Positions 26,917-36,954 of a DNA stretch of 64,000 nucleotides are shown piece after piece. How positions within the stretch are numbered: the first letter of the stretch is position 1; every line of letters starts with the position of its first letter. Location of the stretch: the NCBI GenBank assembly GCA_963666055.2, contig CAXWPH010000014.1, positions 520,538 to 584,537 on the forward strand, read 5' to 3'. The translations under genes were made by a program, and so were the position numbers. The notes beneath the pieces were generated by a model. The model was given only the letters and a program-made list of their open reading frames with translations, was not told the DNA's origin and ran no database searches. The stretch comes from Acidobacteriota bacterium (GTDB taxonomy: Bacteria; Acidobacteriota; UBA890; WLXD01).

Positions 26917-27008
26917 TGGCGGAGGGGGTGGGATTCGAACCCACGGCACCAGTTACCCAGTGCAACGGCTTAGCAGGCCGCCCTATTCGTCCACTCTAGC
27001 ACCCCTCC
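26917..27008 (-). tRNA. tRNA-Ser (GCT)
   Basis: Anticodon arm GCGGC-CTGCTAA-GCCGT, long variable arm, GGTTCGAATCCC, CCA end. Confidence 0.95.
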
Positions 27009-27010
27009 TT

Positions 27011-27191
27011 TAGCCTGCAATTCTCGACAGGATGCTACTACGGGGGCGGGAAGGGGCGCGTTTACAGCGTTGCGCTCTGTCGGGCTCCTCGACGTACTTA
27101 ACGAGTACGCCTGCGGGGCCCTCGGTCGCGCGCCTCGTATCCGCGCCCCTTCCCGCCCCTCGTTACGCATCCCGTTGAGAAATGCAGGCTA
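27011..27191. mobile_element. MITE-like element with terminal inverted repeats enclosing a family A core, between two tRNA-Ser genes
   Basis: TAGCCTGCAATTCTCGAC...GTTGAGAAATGCAGGCTA; inner GGGGCGGGAAGGGGCGCG/CGCGCCCCTTCCCGCCCC; core CGACGTAC...GTACGCCTG. Confidence 0.7.
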
Positions 27192-27195
27192 GCTA

Positions 27196-27286
27196 GGCGG
27201 AGGGAGAAGGATTCGAACCTTCGGACCGCGAACGCGGTCAGCGGTTTTCAAGACCGCCGCCTTAAGCCAGACTCGGCCATCCCTCC
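27196..27286 (-). tRNA. tRNA-Ser (TGA)
   Basis: Anticodon arm GCGGT-CTTGAAA-ACCGC, long variable arm, GGTTCGAATCC; 3' end reads CC then TAG. Confidence 0.95.
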
Positions 27287-27506
27287 CGCGCCTGAGATTG
27301 TACCGCGGCGACTAGTGCTCCTGATCATAAGTATGTTGACGTTTGTCCTGAGTCAGGAGTTCGTTGCATTTCGTGGTGGCGTGAGCGAGGCGGGATCGAA
27401 TGCGACGTGCTGGTACACTTCGATTTCCCTGCCGACGTCGGCGACTGAGAGCAGGCGATGGTAAGACCCCGACGGGTCTTACCCGGCCTGCCTCGAGGAG
27501 GCTTCC

Positions 27507-28061
27507 ATGGGCATCGCGGCTGTTGTGATTGTTGGTCTCGCGGCGATCCTCGGCGTCTGGCTGATGATCACGTACAACGCGTTCGTGCGCCGTCGCGTCG
27601 CAGTTCGCAACGGATACAGCGGCATCGACGTACAGTTGAAGCGCCGTTACGATCTGATTCCCAACCTTGTCGAGACCGTCAAGGGTTACGCCGGCCACGA
27701 GCGCGAAACTCTGGATGCCGTAGTCAAAGCCCGGCAGGCCGGCATCGACGCCAGCACTGCGGAGCAGCAGATGCAGGCCGAGAACATGATCACCGGCGCG
27801 CTGCGCAAACTGTTCGCCTTATCCGAGGCTTATCCGGACCTGAAGGCCAGCCAGAATTTCCTCGAATTGCAAGAGGCGATCAGCGAAACGGAAGATCAAA
27901 TCGCCGCCGCGCGCCGCATTTACAACGCCAACGTTGCCGACTACAACCAGGGCATCGAGCAGTTTCCCGGCGTCCTGGTGGCCGGCTGGTTCAGCTTCGC
28001 CAAAGAGCCGTTCTTCGAGATGCAAGAGGCAGAGCGCGCCGTCCCGAGCGTCGAGCTTTAG
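27507..28061 (+). CDS. lemA: LemA family protein
   Basis: N-terminal TM; IDVQLKRRYDLIPNLVETVKGYAGHERETL; EAYPDLKASQNFLELQ. Confidence 0.95.
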   Translation: MGIAAVVIVGLAAILGVWLMITYNAFVRRRVAVRNGYSGIDVQLKRRYDLIPNLVETVKGYAGHERETLDAVVKARQAGIDASTAEQQMQAENMITGALRKLFALSEAYPDLKASQNFLELQEAISETEDQIAAARRIYNANVADYNQGIEQFPGVLVAGWFSFAKEPFFEMQEAERAVPSVEL

Positions 28062-28109
28062 CAAGTTCCGGTGCTCTCGATTCGTCCCCACCTTTGATCC
28101 GTCTGTGAC

Positions 28110-29645
28110 ATGAGCTCCCCCCGGACCGCGCCGCGCGAGTGCGATGTTGCCGTCATCGGCGGCGGGCCTGCCGGCGCCGCGGCGGCGCGCCTGCTGGCAC
28201 ACTGGACGCGTAGCGTCGTCGTGCTCACCCGTCCGGAGCCACGCCACACGTTGGCGGTGTCGCTGCCACCGAGCTGTCGAAAATTGTTCGAGACCATCGG
28301 GGTCCTGCGGCAGGTCGATGCCGCCGGATTCTTCCCGAGTACCGGCAACACCGTTTGGTGGGGCGGCGAGGCGCGTTCGGAGACGTTTGCCGACGGGCTG
28401 ACCGGCTACCAAGTGGTGCACCGCGATTTCGACCGGCTGCTGCTCGAGGCCGCGGAAGAAGAAGGGGCCCGGGTACGCCGCAACGCGAAGGTGCGCGAGG
28501 TGAGTCGGCCGAGCGCCGACGGGCTGGCGTGCATCTCATTCGACGAGGAAGGAGAGTCGCGCCGTCTTCAGGCTCGGATGGTGCTGGATTGCTCCGGCAG
28601 GGCCGGGGTCATAGCGCGCCACGGCCTGCGCGTTTACGAAAAGAACTCAACGACCGTTGCGCTGGTTGGCGTGTGGCGCAAGGCCGGCGGCTGGGGCCTC
28701 GACGAGGAAAGCCACACGCTCGTGGAGAGCTACGAGGATGGCTGGGTGTGGTCGATTCCGGTGTCGCCGGACACCCGTTATTTCACGCCGATGGTGGATC
28801 CTCGGGTAACCGGGCTGAGGCGCGACGAATCGGCGTCCGGCCCGCAAATCGAGTCCGTCTATCGCGCCGAGCTGAGCAAGGCGCCGCACCTCAATGCGCT
28901 GCTCGAAGGCGCCGAGGCCGTCGACCAGCCGTTCGGGTGTGACGCCTCGCTGTATTCGGCGGAACACTTTACCGGCCCCGGCTTCTTGCTGGTCGGCGAC
29001 GCCGCCTCGTGCCTTGATCCGCTGTCGTCGTACGGCGTCAAGAAGGCGTTGGCATCGGGCTGGATGGCGGCGATTGTTGCCAACACGTGCGTTTCCAATG
29101 CCGCGCTGGAGGCACCGGCCCTCGAGCTGTATGAAAGCCGTGAGCGCGCCGTGTGGGAGGCCTGCAGGCAGCAGTCGGTAGGTTTCTTCGAATCTGCGGC
29201 GGCCGATCACGGCCACCCGTTCTGGACCGGTCGCGCCGACGCGGCGGATGCCGCGACGCAGGATCCCGCAGACGATGCCGATCTCGACATCGATGTGTTG
29301 CGCCGCGATCCCGCGGTTCTCGCGGCCTTCGAGAGACTCAAGAGCACTGCCGCCATTTGCCTGATCCACGGGGAGCGGCTCGAACGCGTGCAACGGCCGG
29401 CGATTCGCGCCAATCAGGTGGTGTTGCAGACGCAGTTGCAAACCCCGAGCTTGCCGGCGGTGCGCTTCCTGCGCGGCGTGGACCTCGCCGAGCTGGTCGA
29501 CCTTGCCGGCGGCCACGACCAGGTGCCTGATCTGTTCGAGGCCTACAATCGCCGCTGCCCGCAGGTGATCCTGCCCGATTTTCTGGGTGCTCTGTCGGTG
29601 TTGCTGGCCCGCGAGGCGCTCGTGAACACGATTTCGCGGGACTGA
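28110..29645 (+). CDS. qhpG: FAD-dependent monooxygenase, QhpG-like (Trp hydroxylation for CTQ)
   Basis: IGGGPAG, LDCSGRAG, GWVWSIP, LVGDAASCLDPLSSYGV; position directly before qhpA. Confidence 0.75.
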   Translation: MSSPRTAPRECDVAVIGGGPAGAAAARLLAHWTRSVVVLTRPEPRHTLAVSLPPSCRKLFETIGVLRQVDAAGFFPSTGNTVWWGGEARSETFADGLTGYQVVHRDFDRLLLEAAEEEGARVRRNAKVREVSRPSADGLACISFDEEGESRRLQARMVLDCSGRAGVIARHGLRVYEKNSTTVALVGVWRKAGGWGLDEESHTLVESYEDGWVWSIPVSPDTRYFTPMVDPRVTGLRRDESASGPQIESVYRAELSKAPHLNALLEGAEAVDQPFGCDASLYSAEHFTGPGFLLVGDAASCLDPLSSYGVKKALASGWMAAIVANTCVSNAALEAPALELYESRERAVWEACRQQSVGFFESAAADHGHPFWTGRADAADAATQDPADDADLDIDVLRRDPAVLAAFERLKSTAAICLIHGERLERVQRPAIRANQVVLQTQLQTPSLPAVRFLRGVDLAELVDLAGGHDQVPDLFEAYNRRCPQVILPDFLGALSVLLAREALVNTISRD

Positions 29646-29698
29646 GCCCTGCCGGGGGTCGTTGTTTCCCGCACCCGAGCGTGCTAAAAGCCGTGTTC

Positions 29699-31483
29699 AT
29701 GAAGGTCCGTGTTTTCGTCGCCGTCGTCGGTATCGCTGTATCGTGCCTGGTTGCCGCCGGAATCGCCGCCGCCCTCGAGTCGCCCGCCTCGGTGCAGACC
29801 GCGGCTCAGCAAGCGACGGAAGCAGACGAAGCGGACACCCAGTTCGACTTCGAAGACGGCTTCCCGGTCGACAACGCCACCCTCGTTACCCGGTGCGTGC
29901 GCTGTCACGCCATGAACGACGACGGCTACATGACGCGGATTTCGTACCTACGCAAGACGCCCGAGGGTTGGCAGCAGTCGGTGCGTCGCATGGTGCTGCT
30001 GCAAGACGTCGAGCTCGATCCGGCCGCCGCCCGTGAGATCGTCAAATACCTGGCAAACAACCTGGGGCTGGCGCCCGAGGAAGCGGCGCCGGGTGATTTC
30101 GAGGTCCAACGCCGGCTCATCGATTATCGCTACACCGCCGACGCGGACACCGAGGATACCTGCATTCGGTGCCACTCGATGGGCCGGGTGATCACGCAAC
30201 GGCGCAGCAAGCAGGAGTGGGACCTGCTGATGGCGACGCATCGTTACTATTACCCGCTCATCGATTTTCAGGCGTTCATTCGCTCTGGCCCAGGGAGTAC
30301 CGAGCCGGGCCCCGACGGCAGCCCGCCCGACAATCGCCATCCGATGGACAAGGCCGTGTCGCACCTGTCGCAAGCTTTCCCCTTGGACACCGCCGCGTGG
30401 GCGTCGTGGTCGGCAAACATGCGCCAACCACGCCTCGCCGGCACTTGGGCCATGAGCGGCTACGAACCGGGCAAGGGGCCGATTTACGGACACGTCACGA
30501 TTACCGCCGATCCCCCCGCCGAAGACGAGTTCACCACCGAGGCCGTATACACCTATGCCCGCAGCGGCCAGCAGGTGCGGCGGCAAGGGCGGTCGATTGT
30601 GTACACCGGCTTCCAGTGGCGCGGGCGCTCCTATGAAGACGGCGACGAGACCGGGTTGCGTGAGGTCATGTCGGCCGACCGCGATCGGCGATCGATAACG
30701 GGACGCTGGTACACTGGCGGATACGATGAAATCGGCCTCGACGTTACGTTGCAGCGCGTCACCGCGGATCCTCTTGTCTCCGGCGTGTTTCCGTCGATCA
30801 TCCGCCGCGGCGAATCGCCGCTGGAGATCACCATTTACGGTGCCACCCTGCCGGTTTCGATTGCCGCCGGTGACCTGGATTTCGGCGGCGGCATCGTGGT
30901 GACCGAAGTGGTCAGCGCCGGCGCCGACGCCATTACGGTGCAGGTGAGCGCCACCGCCGATGCCGACGTCGGCGGCCGCGACCTCTTCGTTGCCGGCACC
31001 TCGCATCGCGATGCGCTGACCGTGTACGATACGGTTGACGCCATCGAGGTGATGCCGCGCGCCGGCATGGCACGCGTCGGTGGCATTGTGTTCCCCAAGG
31101 GCTTCCAACAGTTCGAGGCGACCGCCCGCAGCAACGGCGCCGACGGCGAGGCCGGTACCGACGATGATCTGGAGCTCGGCACCGCCAACGTCGTTTGGAG
31201 TCTCGAGGAATACGCTGCGGTGCTCGACGACGACGACTTGGCTTTCGTGGGCGGCATCGATGACGGCGGGTTGTTTACCCCCGCCGAAGACGGGCCGAAT
31301 CCAAACCGCAGCGGCGATCGTAACAACATCGGCGACGTCTGGGTGGTGGGAACGTTCATTCCGGACGACGCGATGCGCGCGGCCGGCGCGAAGGAACTGC
31401 GCGCCCGGGCGCATCTGTTGGTTACTGTGCCGCTTTACATGCGCTGGGAGCCGTGGGCGACCGGCGGGGTGGAGGGTAGATGA
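29699..31483 (+). CDS. qhpA: Quinohemoprotein amine dehydrogenase alpha subunit (diheme)
   Basis: Signal peptide; CVRCH and CIRCH; RISYLRKTPEGW; ARVGG; HLLVTVPLY. Confidence 0.92.
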   Translation: MKVRVFVAVVGIAVSCLVAAGIAAALESPASVQTAAQQATEADEADTQFDFEDGFPVDNATLVTRCVRCHAMNDDGYMTRISYLRKTPEGWQQSVRRMVLLQDVELDPAAAREIVKYLANNLGLAPEEAAPGDFEVQRRLIDYRYTADADTEDTCIRCHSMGRVITQRRSKQEWDLLMATHRYYYPLIDFQAFIRSGPGSTEPGPDGSPPDNRHPMDKAVSHLSQAFPLDTAAWASWSANMRQPRLAGTWAMSGYEPGKGPIYGHVTITADPPAEDEFTTEAVYTYARSGQQVRRQGRSIVYTGFQWRGRSYEDGDETGLREVMSADRDRRSITGRWYTGGYDEIGLDVTLQRVTADPLVSGVFPSIIRRGESPLEITIYGATLPVSIAAGDLDFGGGIVVTEVVSAGADAITVQVSATADADVGGRDLFVAGTSHRDALTVYDTVDAIEVMPRAGMARVGGIVFPKGFQQFEATARSNGADGEAGTDDDLELGTANVVWSLEEYAAVLDDDDLAFVGGIDDGGLFTPAEDGPNPNRSGDRNNIGDVWVVGTFIPDDAMRAAGAKELRARAHLLVTVPLYMRWEPWATGGVEGR

Positions 31484-32878
31484 GCACGCTGGCGTTGCGC
31501 GAGTTCCACAAGTTCGAGGCGGCCGGGCGAAGTTTCGTGTACCTGGTGCCCAGCGCCGCGGTGTTCGCGCTCGACGACACGGCTGATGCCGTGATCGGCG
31601 AGTTGGCCGGCGGGGCCATGACGCCCTCCGAGATCGTCGAGTCGCTGGCCAATCGGTTCGCGACCGAGGAAGTCGGCGCAACCATCGGCGAGCTGCTGCA
31701 GCTGCGCGCCATCGGTGACCGAGACGTCCTGCAGGAACCGATCCCGAAGGCCGTACCGCCGGAAGACTTTCCACTCTCGACGATGGTCTTGAATGTCACC
31801 AACAAGTGCAACTTGAGTTGTACGTACTGCTACGAGTACGGCGAGGACAAGATCGTCGACACCGAAAACGGCGCCCAACCCAAGTTCATGAGCAGCGAGA
31901 CGGCGCGCGAAAGCGTCGAGTTCATGCTGAGCCAATCGACCTCCAACGAGGTCGTGCACTTGACGTTTTTCGGCGGCGAGACGCTGCTCAACTTCCCGAT
32001 TCTTCAGGAGACGGTCGAGTACGCGCGGCGGCGCGGCGACGAGGTCGGCAAGCGCGTCGAGTTCAGCCTCACGACCAACGCCACGCTGCTGCGTCCGGAG
32101 ATCATCGAAGTGGTTGGCCGACAACGACATCGGCGTGACCGTGTCGATCGACGGTCCCAAGGAGATGCAGGACGAGTTCCGTGTCTACAAGAGCGGCTCG
32201 GGCAGCTACGACGTTCTCATACCCAAGGTTCGCGAGCTGCTCAAACGCCACACGAGTCGACCTATCGGCGCCCGGGTCACGCTCACCAAGCAGACCCTCG
32301 ATGTGAAGCGAATCTTCACGCATCTCACCGAGGAGATCGGCTTCTGGGAGGTCGGGTTCGCGCCGGTGACCACGGCGAACGGGCGCGACTACGCTATCGA
32401 GGACGACGGCTTCGACGACATGTTGGATCAGTTTCGCGCTCTGGCGTGGGACTTTCTCGAAGCGTCCGTGGAGAATCGCCACCACGGCTTTTCGAACGTC
32501 AAAGACACGCTCGAGGAGATCCACAAGGGGTTCAGCAAGGCGTACCCGTGTGGCGCCGGGCTGGGGCTCATGGGCGTCTCGACGGCCGGCGACGTGGCGC
32601 TCTGTCACCGCTTCGCCGGCTCGGAAGAGCATACCCTCGGATCGGTTACCGAGGGCATCGACCGTGACCTCCAGAGGGACTTCTTCGACAAGCACCACAT
32701 CTCGAACAAGACGGATTGTCATACCTGTTGGGCCCGGCCGCTGTGTGCGGGCGGCTGCTACCATGAGGCCCACACGCGCTACGGCACCACCACGGGTCCC
32801 AACTTGCATTATTGCGAGTGGATCCGCGGTTGGACCGACACCTGCTTGCAAATTTACGGTGAGCTCGCGACCCGGCGG
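31480..32878 (+). CDS. qhpD: Radical SAM/SPASM thioether-forming maturase (frameshift near 32109; last codons lost at a deletion junction)
   Basis: N-terminal RRE-like region; CNLSCTYC; FFGGETLLN; SIDGP; YPCGAG, LCHRF, CHTCWARPLCAGGCYHE, HYCEWIRGW. Confidence 0.9.
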
Positions 32879-33044
32879 AACTGCGGGGCTCTGTCAGCCG
32901 GTCGAGCGCGATCTGTTCGATTGTCACCTCGGGTGTTTCTGGCCGGCGCAAGTGCCCGACCAACTCAACCATGCCGAGGATTGGACCGACAAGTGTGCGG
33001 CGGCGCAGAAGGACTGGCGCAAGTTGGACCTGATCTTCCCGTAG
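32871..33044 (+). pseudogene. qhpC: QHNDH gamma subunit (CTQ precursor peptide), C-terminal half only
   Basis: GGTAGLCQPVERDLFDCHLGCFWPAQVPDQLN...KDWRKLDLIFP*; no start, leader or N-terminal GC...PGWE segment. Confidence 0.85.
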
Positions 33045-33052
33045 GCGACTCC

Positions 33053-34237
33053 GTGACCCGGCACAGCACATGTCATCCTGACGCATCGTTGCACCCGGGC
33101 TGGCGACGCGACGCGCCGACCGGTAGGCGCTGCGGCCGCAATGCGGCCGTCCTGATGGTGGCGATTGTCGCCTTGATGATCGCTCCGTTGGTTCCCGCCG
33201 CCCCAGCAGCCGAACAGCAGAGCGGTGGCAACGCGACGATCTTCGTGGCGGCGTACGACAACTCGGTGCACGTCATCGACGAGGCGACGCTGCAGGTTGT
33301 CGACAAGATCGCGACGACCACGGGCATCCCGAGGAATTTGTTGCTGTCACACGACCGCAAGCGCCTTTATGTGCTGGAGGTCCAGGCCGAGATCATCGAA
33401 GTGCTCGACATCGAGACCCGGCGGTCAATCGACTCGTTCACGCTGAGCGAGGGCGACCTGAGGGTGCGGATCAACGGGCTCGTGGTACATCCCGACCAGA
33501 CCTATGCGTTGATGACCGTGCAGGAGTACGTCAACCGCACAGATCGCTTCGAGGTCAGCGAGTCGAAGTTGCTGCAATACGATCTGCAAAACCACGCGGT
33601 CATGCGCGAGATTCCGTGGCCCGATGAACGCCCGCGCCGTGGCGCTGCGATGATCTTCTCTCCCGACGGCAGCCACGTGTACTTCTTCTCCCGCGACATC
33701 TTGGTCCTCGAGACCGAAGACTTCACCGAGGTCGACAAGTGGGAGATCTCGCAGCCGCTGGAGCCCGGCCTCGGGCGGTTCACGCCGCCGCTCAACGCCA
33801 GCTTGTACGAAGAAGAGGGTTTCTTCACCGGGTTGTTTCGTATGACCGACCCGGTACAAGGGCGACGCATGATGGGAATCGCCCGCGTGAACCTGGCGGC
33901 GCGCGACGTCGATTTCTATATGCTCGGGCCGAACGAGCCCGTAGGGTTTTCCATCGCCCCGGACCGTACGAAGGCCTATGGTCTTTATTCCTCGGGCATC
34001 GGCAAGCACGAGTTCTGGACCTTCGATCTCGTGAACCGCGGCGTCGCGAGCAAGCAACCTTTCGACGGCCGGCCGCGCATGTCTCTGGCAGTCAGCTCCA
34101 ACGGCGAGCAGCTCTACATTTACAACGCCGGCAACACGATCGACGCCTACGACGCTTCGACGTATCGGTTTATCCGGCGGTTGGAGCTCGACGCCGACAC
34201 GACGTCGAACCTGCTGGTCCTGCCGCCGCAAGACTGA
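33053..34237 (+). CDS. qhpB: QHNDH beta subunit (beta-propeller)
   Basis: Signal peptide; YVTN-like repeats (VHVIDEATLQVVDKI, SHDRKRLYV, SSNGEQLYIY); start at 33053 or 33154. Confidence 0.8.
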   Translation: MTRHSTCHPDASLHPGWRRDAPTGRRCGRNAAVLMVAIVALMIAPLVPAAPAAEQQSGGNATIFVAAYDNSVHVIDEATLQVVDKIATTTGIPRNLLLSHDRKRLYVLEVQAEIIEVLDIETRRSIDSFTLSEGDLRVRINGLVVHPDQTYALMTVQEYVNRTDRFEVSESKLLQYDLQNHAVMREIPWPDERPRRGAAMIFSPDGSHVYFFSRDILVLETEDFTEVDKWEISQPLEPGLGRFTPPLNASLYEEEGFFTGLFRMTDPVQGRRMMGIARVNLAARDVDFYMLGPNEPVGFSIAPDRTKAYGLYSSGIGKHEFWTFDLVNRGVASKQPFDGRPRMSLAVSSNGEQLYIYNAGNTIDAYDASTYRFIRRLELDADTTSNLLVLPPQD

Positions 34238-34249
34238 CCCGGCCCGTCG

Positions 34250-35974
34250 ATGGCCGTCGACCGCGAGCTCCGCTGGGCTGGACGCTTCATTGTTCCGTAT
34301 TGGCGGCGGCTGACTCTCGTTCTGGCCATCAGCCTGGCGAGCACCGGCCTGTCGCTGTACGTGCCGTACCTGTCGAAGTCGCTCGTCGACGACGCCATGC
34401 TGGGCCGCGACATGGCGGTGTTGGTGCGTATCGTGGCGCTGTTCGCCGGCATCACGTTGCTGAGCTTCGTGCTCAACGTCGTCAGCGGCCTGCGTTACAC
34501 GAGGGTGTCGGCGGAGATCCTGTTCGACATGCGCCTGGCTTTGTACCGGCACCTGCAGGCGCTCTCCCCGCGCTTCTACGCGCGCACCAAGCTCGGCGAC
34601 ATCGTGTCACGCATCAACAACGACATCGGCGAGATCCAGCGGGTCGCCGCCGAGATGGCCCTGGCATGAGTCGGCAACGTGCTGTTTCTCATCGGCACGG
34701 TGGCCATCCTGCTGATGCTCGACTGGCGGTTGTTTCTCGTAGGCGTGGCAGTGATGCCGCTGAGCTTGTGGGCTCTGGTGCACTATCGAAGACGGCTCGA
34801 AGGGCGGATCCAGCTTCTACGCGAGTGCAGCGCCGACATCGGCAACTTCCTGATCGAAACAATCCAGGGTGTGAAGCTCATTGTCACGAGCAACGCCCAG
34901 GAGCGGGAGGTCGATCGTTTCCGCGCCAAGAACGACGCCTTCATCGACGCCCTCATGCGGATGCGATGGCTCGGCTACATGTCGGGAGGATTGCCGGGTC
35001 TCCTCATCTCGGCGGGGACCGCAGTGGTGTTTCTGTACGGCGGCAGCCAGGTGATCAACGGCGCGATAACGCTGGGCACGCTCGTCACCTTCATGGCATA
35101 TCAGATGCGCTTGCCGGCCCCCGTGCAAGGGCTGATGGGGCTGTACACCAACCTGGCCACGGCGCGCGTGTCGCTGCGTCGCGTCCACGAGATCCTCGAC
35201 GCGGAGGTGGAGATTGTCGAAGCGCCCGACGCGGTGGCGCTCACCGAGGTGGCGGGGAGCATACGCTTCGACGACGTCAGCTTCGCGTTCGACCGCGGCC
35301 CCGTGCTCGACGATGTTTCGTTCCACGTGCCGGCCGGATCTACCTTGGCCGTCGTCGGGCCGAGCGGCGCCGGCAAGTCGACGATCGTCGACCTGCTGTT
35401 GCGTCACCTCGATCCGGATGCCGGCGCCATCTCTCTGGACGGGCACGACCTGCGGGGCCTGTCGCTTGCCGACCTGCGGCGTCACGTCGTCGTGGTCGAG
35501 CAGGAGCCGTTCGTTTTCCACGCCACGATTGCCGAGAACGTGCGCTATGGACGTCCCGAGGCATCCGACGACGAGGTTGCTGCCGCGGCCCGCTCGGCCG
35601 GCCTCGACTCCTTTATCGAGCAGCTTCCCGAAGGCTTCGACACCGAAGTCGGGGAGAGGGGAATGGCCGTGTCGGCCGGCGAACGCCAGCGCATCGCGGT
35701 GGCGCGGGCGTTTCTCGCCGACCCGGCGGTGCTTCTCCTCGATGAAGCCACGGCCTCCCTCGATCCCGTATCCGAGCAGCAGGTGATCGCCGGATACGAG
35801 GCCATCATGCAGGGTCGAACGACGATCCTGATTTCGCACCGACTGGACATGGCGCGCCAGGCGGATCGGGTGATCGTTCTCGACGACGCACGGATCGTCG
35901 AGCAAGGAGCGCCGAGCCAGCTGTGGGACGCGGGCGGGGCGTTTCCGCGCCTGTTTGTCGGCGCCGCGCAATGA
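34250..35974 (+). CDS. qhpF: ABC exporter (TMD+NBD), QhpF-like; in-frame TGA at 34667-34669
   Basis: ORFs 34250-34669 and 34679-35974 are in the same frame; GPSGAGKST, VSAGERQRIA, LLLDEAT. Confidence 0.8.
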
Positions 35975-36777
35975 GCGCTTCGGCACCGGAGCTTCGAGGT
36001 CACGGCGATCGAAGCGATGAGCATACCGCCGCCGGCGATCGACTCGTCGGACTCGACCATCCCGAGCTTGCTGCGGCCACCGGTCGGGGCGTGCGGGTGG
36101 CGGTGATCGACAGCGGCGTGCACGCCGATCATGACCATATCCATGGCATCGTCGGTGGTGTCGGCATTGGGGTCGATCGGACACCGCACGGTGACTACGT
36201 GGACCGGCTCGGACACGGAACCGCGGTAAGCGCCGCCATCCTCGAGAAGGCTCCGGACGTCGAGCTGTTGGGGGTGAGGGTTTTCGATCGCTCGCTGTCG
36301 GCCCCCGCGCCGGTTCTGGTCGAGGCGATCGATTGGGCGGCGCAACGCGCCGTCCAGCTGATCAACTTGAGCCTCGGCACCGAGAAGCCCGAGCACGAGG
36401 AGATCCTGCGCGATGCCGTGAGGCGTGCGGGGGAGCGTGGTGCGGTGGTCGTGTCGGCCGCCGAATCCCATGGCCACGTCTGGTTGCCCGGAAGCCTCCC
36501 CGAAACCATCGGCGTGCGGCTCGACTGGGAGTGTCCGCGTGATGCGCTGCGCCTCGACGCGGGCTCAGCGGATATCTTCGCCTCTGGTTACCCACGACCG
36601 ATCGATGGCGTGCCGCCCGAGCGCAACCTCAAGGGAATCAGCTTCGCGGTGGCCAATGTAACCGGCATTCTGGCGCGTTTGCTCGGTGCCCGACCAGGCG
36701 TCGACTCCGCAGCCGTAGACTCCGCGGTCCCGCCGGCCGGCCTTGTCGAGCGTCTTGCCGAGCTTGCGAGTACTTGA
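35971..36777 (+). CDS. qhpE: S8 subtilisin-like serine protease, QhpE-like leader peptidase
   Basis: VAVIDSGV, GHGTAV, INLSLG, GISFA catalytic motifs; ATGA overlap with the ABC gene. Confidence 0.85.
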   Translation: MSASAPELRGHGDRSDEHTAAGDRLVGLDHPELAAATGRGVRVAVIDSGVHADHDHIHGIVGGVGIGVDRTPHGDYVDRLGHGTAVSAAILEKAPDVELLGVRVFDRSLSAPAPVLVEAIDWAAQRAVQLINLSLGTEKPEHEEILRDAVRRAGERGAVVVSAAESHGHVWLPGSLPETIGVRLDWECPRDALRLDAGSADIFASGYPRPIDGVPPERNLKGISFAVANVTGILARLLGARPGVDSAAVDSAVPPAGLVERLAELAST

Positions 36778-36954
36778 GCCGCGATCGGTTCGTCGAAGGT
36801 GTAGGCGTCGCTCTCGCTCGCGACGTCACACGTCGAGGGGTACGGATCAGCTTATTAAACAACTACAATCGTAGTAACTTTCCGGTGGCGGTCTCCCGAG
36901 ACGGGCACCGATGCGGCATCAGCCGCGGACCGGGAGGAAGCGGGCGACCGGCGG

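Noticed and set aside
27196-27286. Long-variable-arm tRNA as tRNA-Sec
   Set aside because: Anticodon is TGA (Ser), not TCA, and the acceptor stem is the normal 7 bp; no selC was seen in the window.
26917-27286. tRNA genes as prophage or island attachment sites
   Set aside because: No integrase and no duplicated tRNA 3' end were found by eye in the window; the same holds for tRNA-Gln at 21299.
29948-31774. Long antisense or alternative-frame ORFs (e.g. 608 aa here, 668 aa at 33739-35745)
   Set aside because: Arg/Ala/Pro-rich shadows of real genes, expected in high-GC DNA; no recognisable motifs.
32114-34237. 707-aa radical SAM/beta-propeller fusion in the ORF track
   Set aside because: Produced by a frameshift near 32109 and the deletion at 32873; the middle segment is qhpC read in the wrong frame.
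34667-34669. In-frame TGA in the QhpF-like ABC transporter as a third selenocysteine
   Set aside because: It lies in a transmembrane segment with no redox motif, and the nearby hairpin (CGTGCTG/CGGCACG) has a G-less loop; a TGG-to-TGA error or nonsense mutation is more likely.
36778-36850. Possible degenerate family A repeat after qhpE
   Set aside because: Only CTCGACGT on the minus strand matches; no complementary outer arms.
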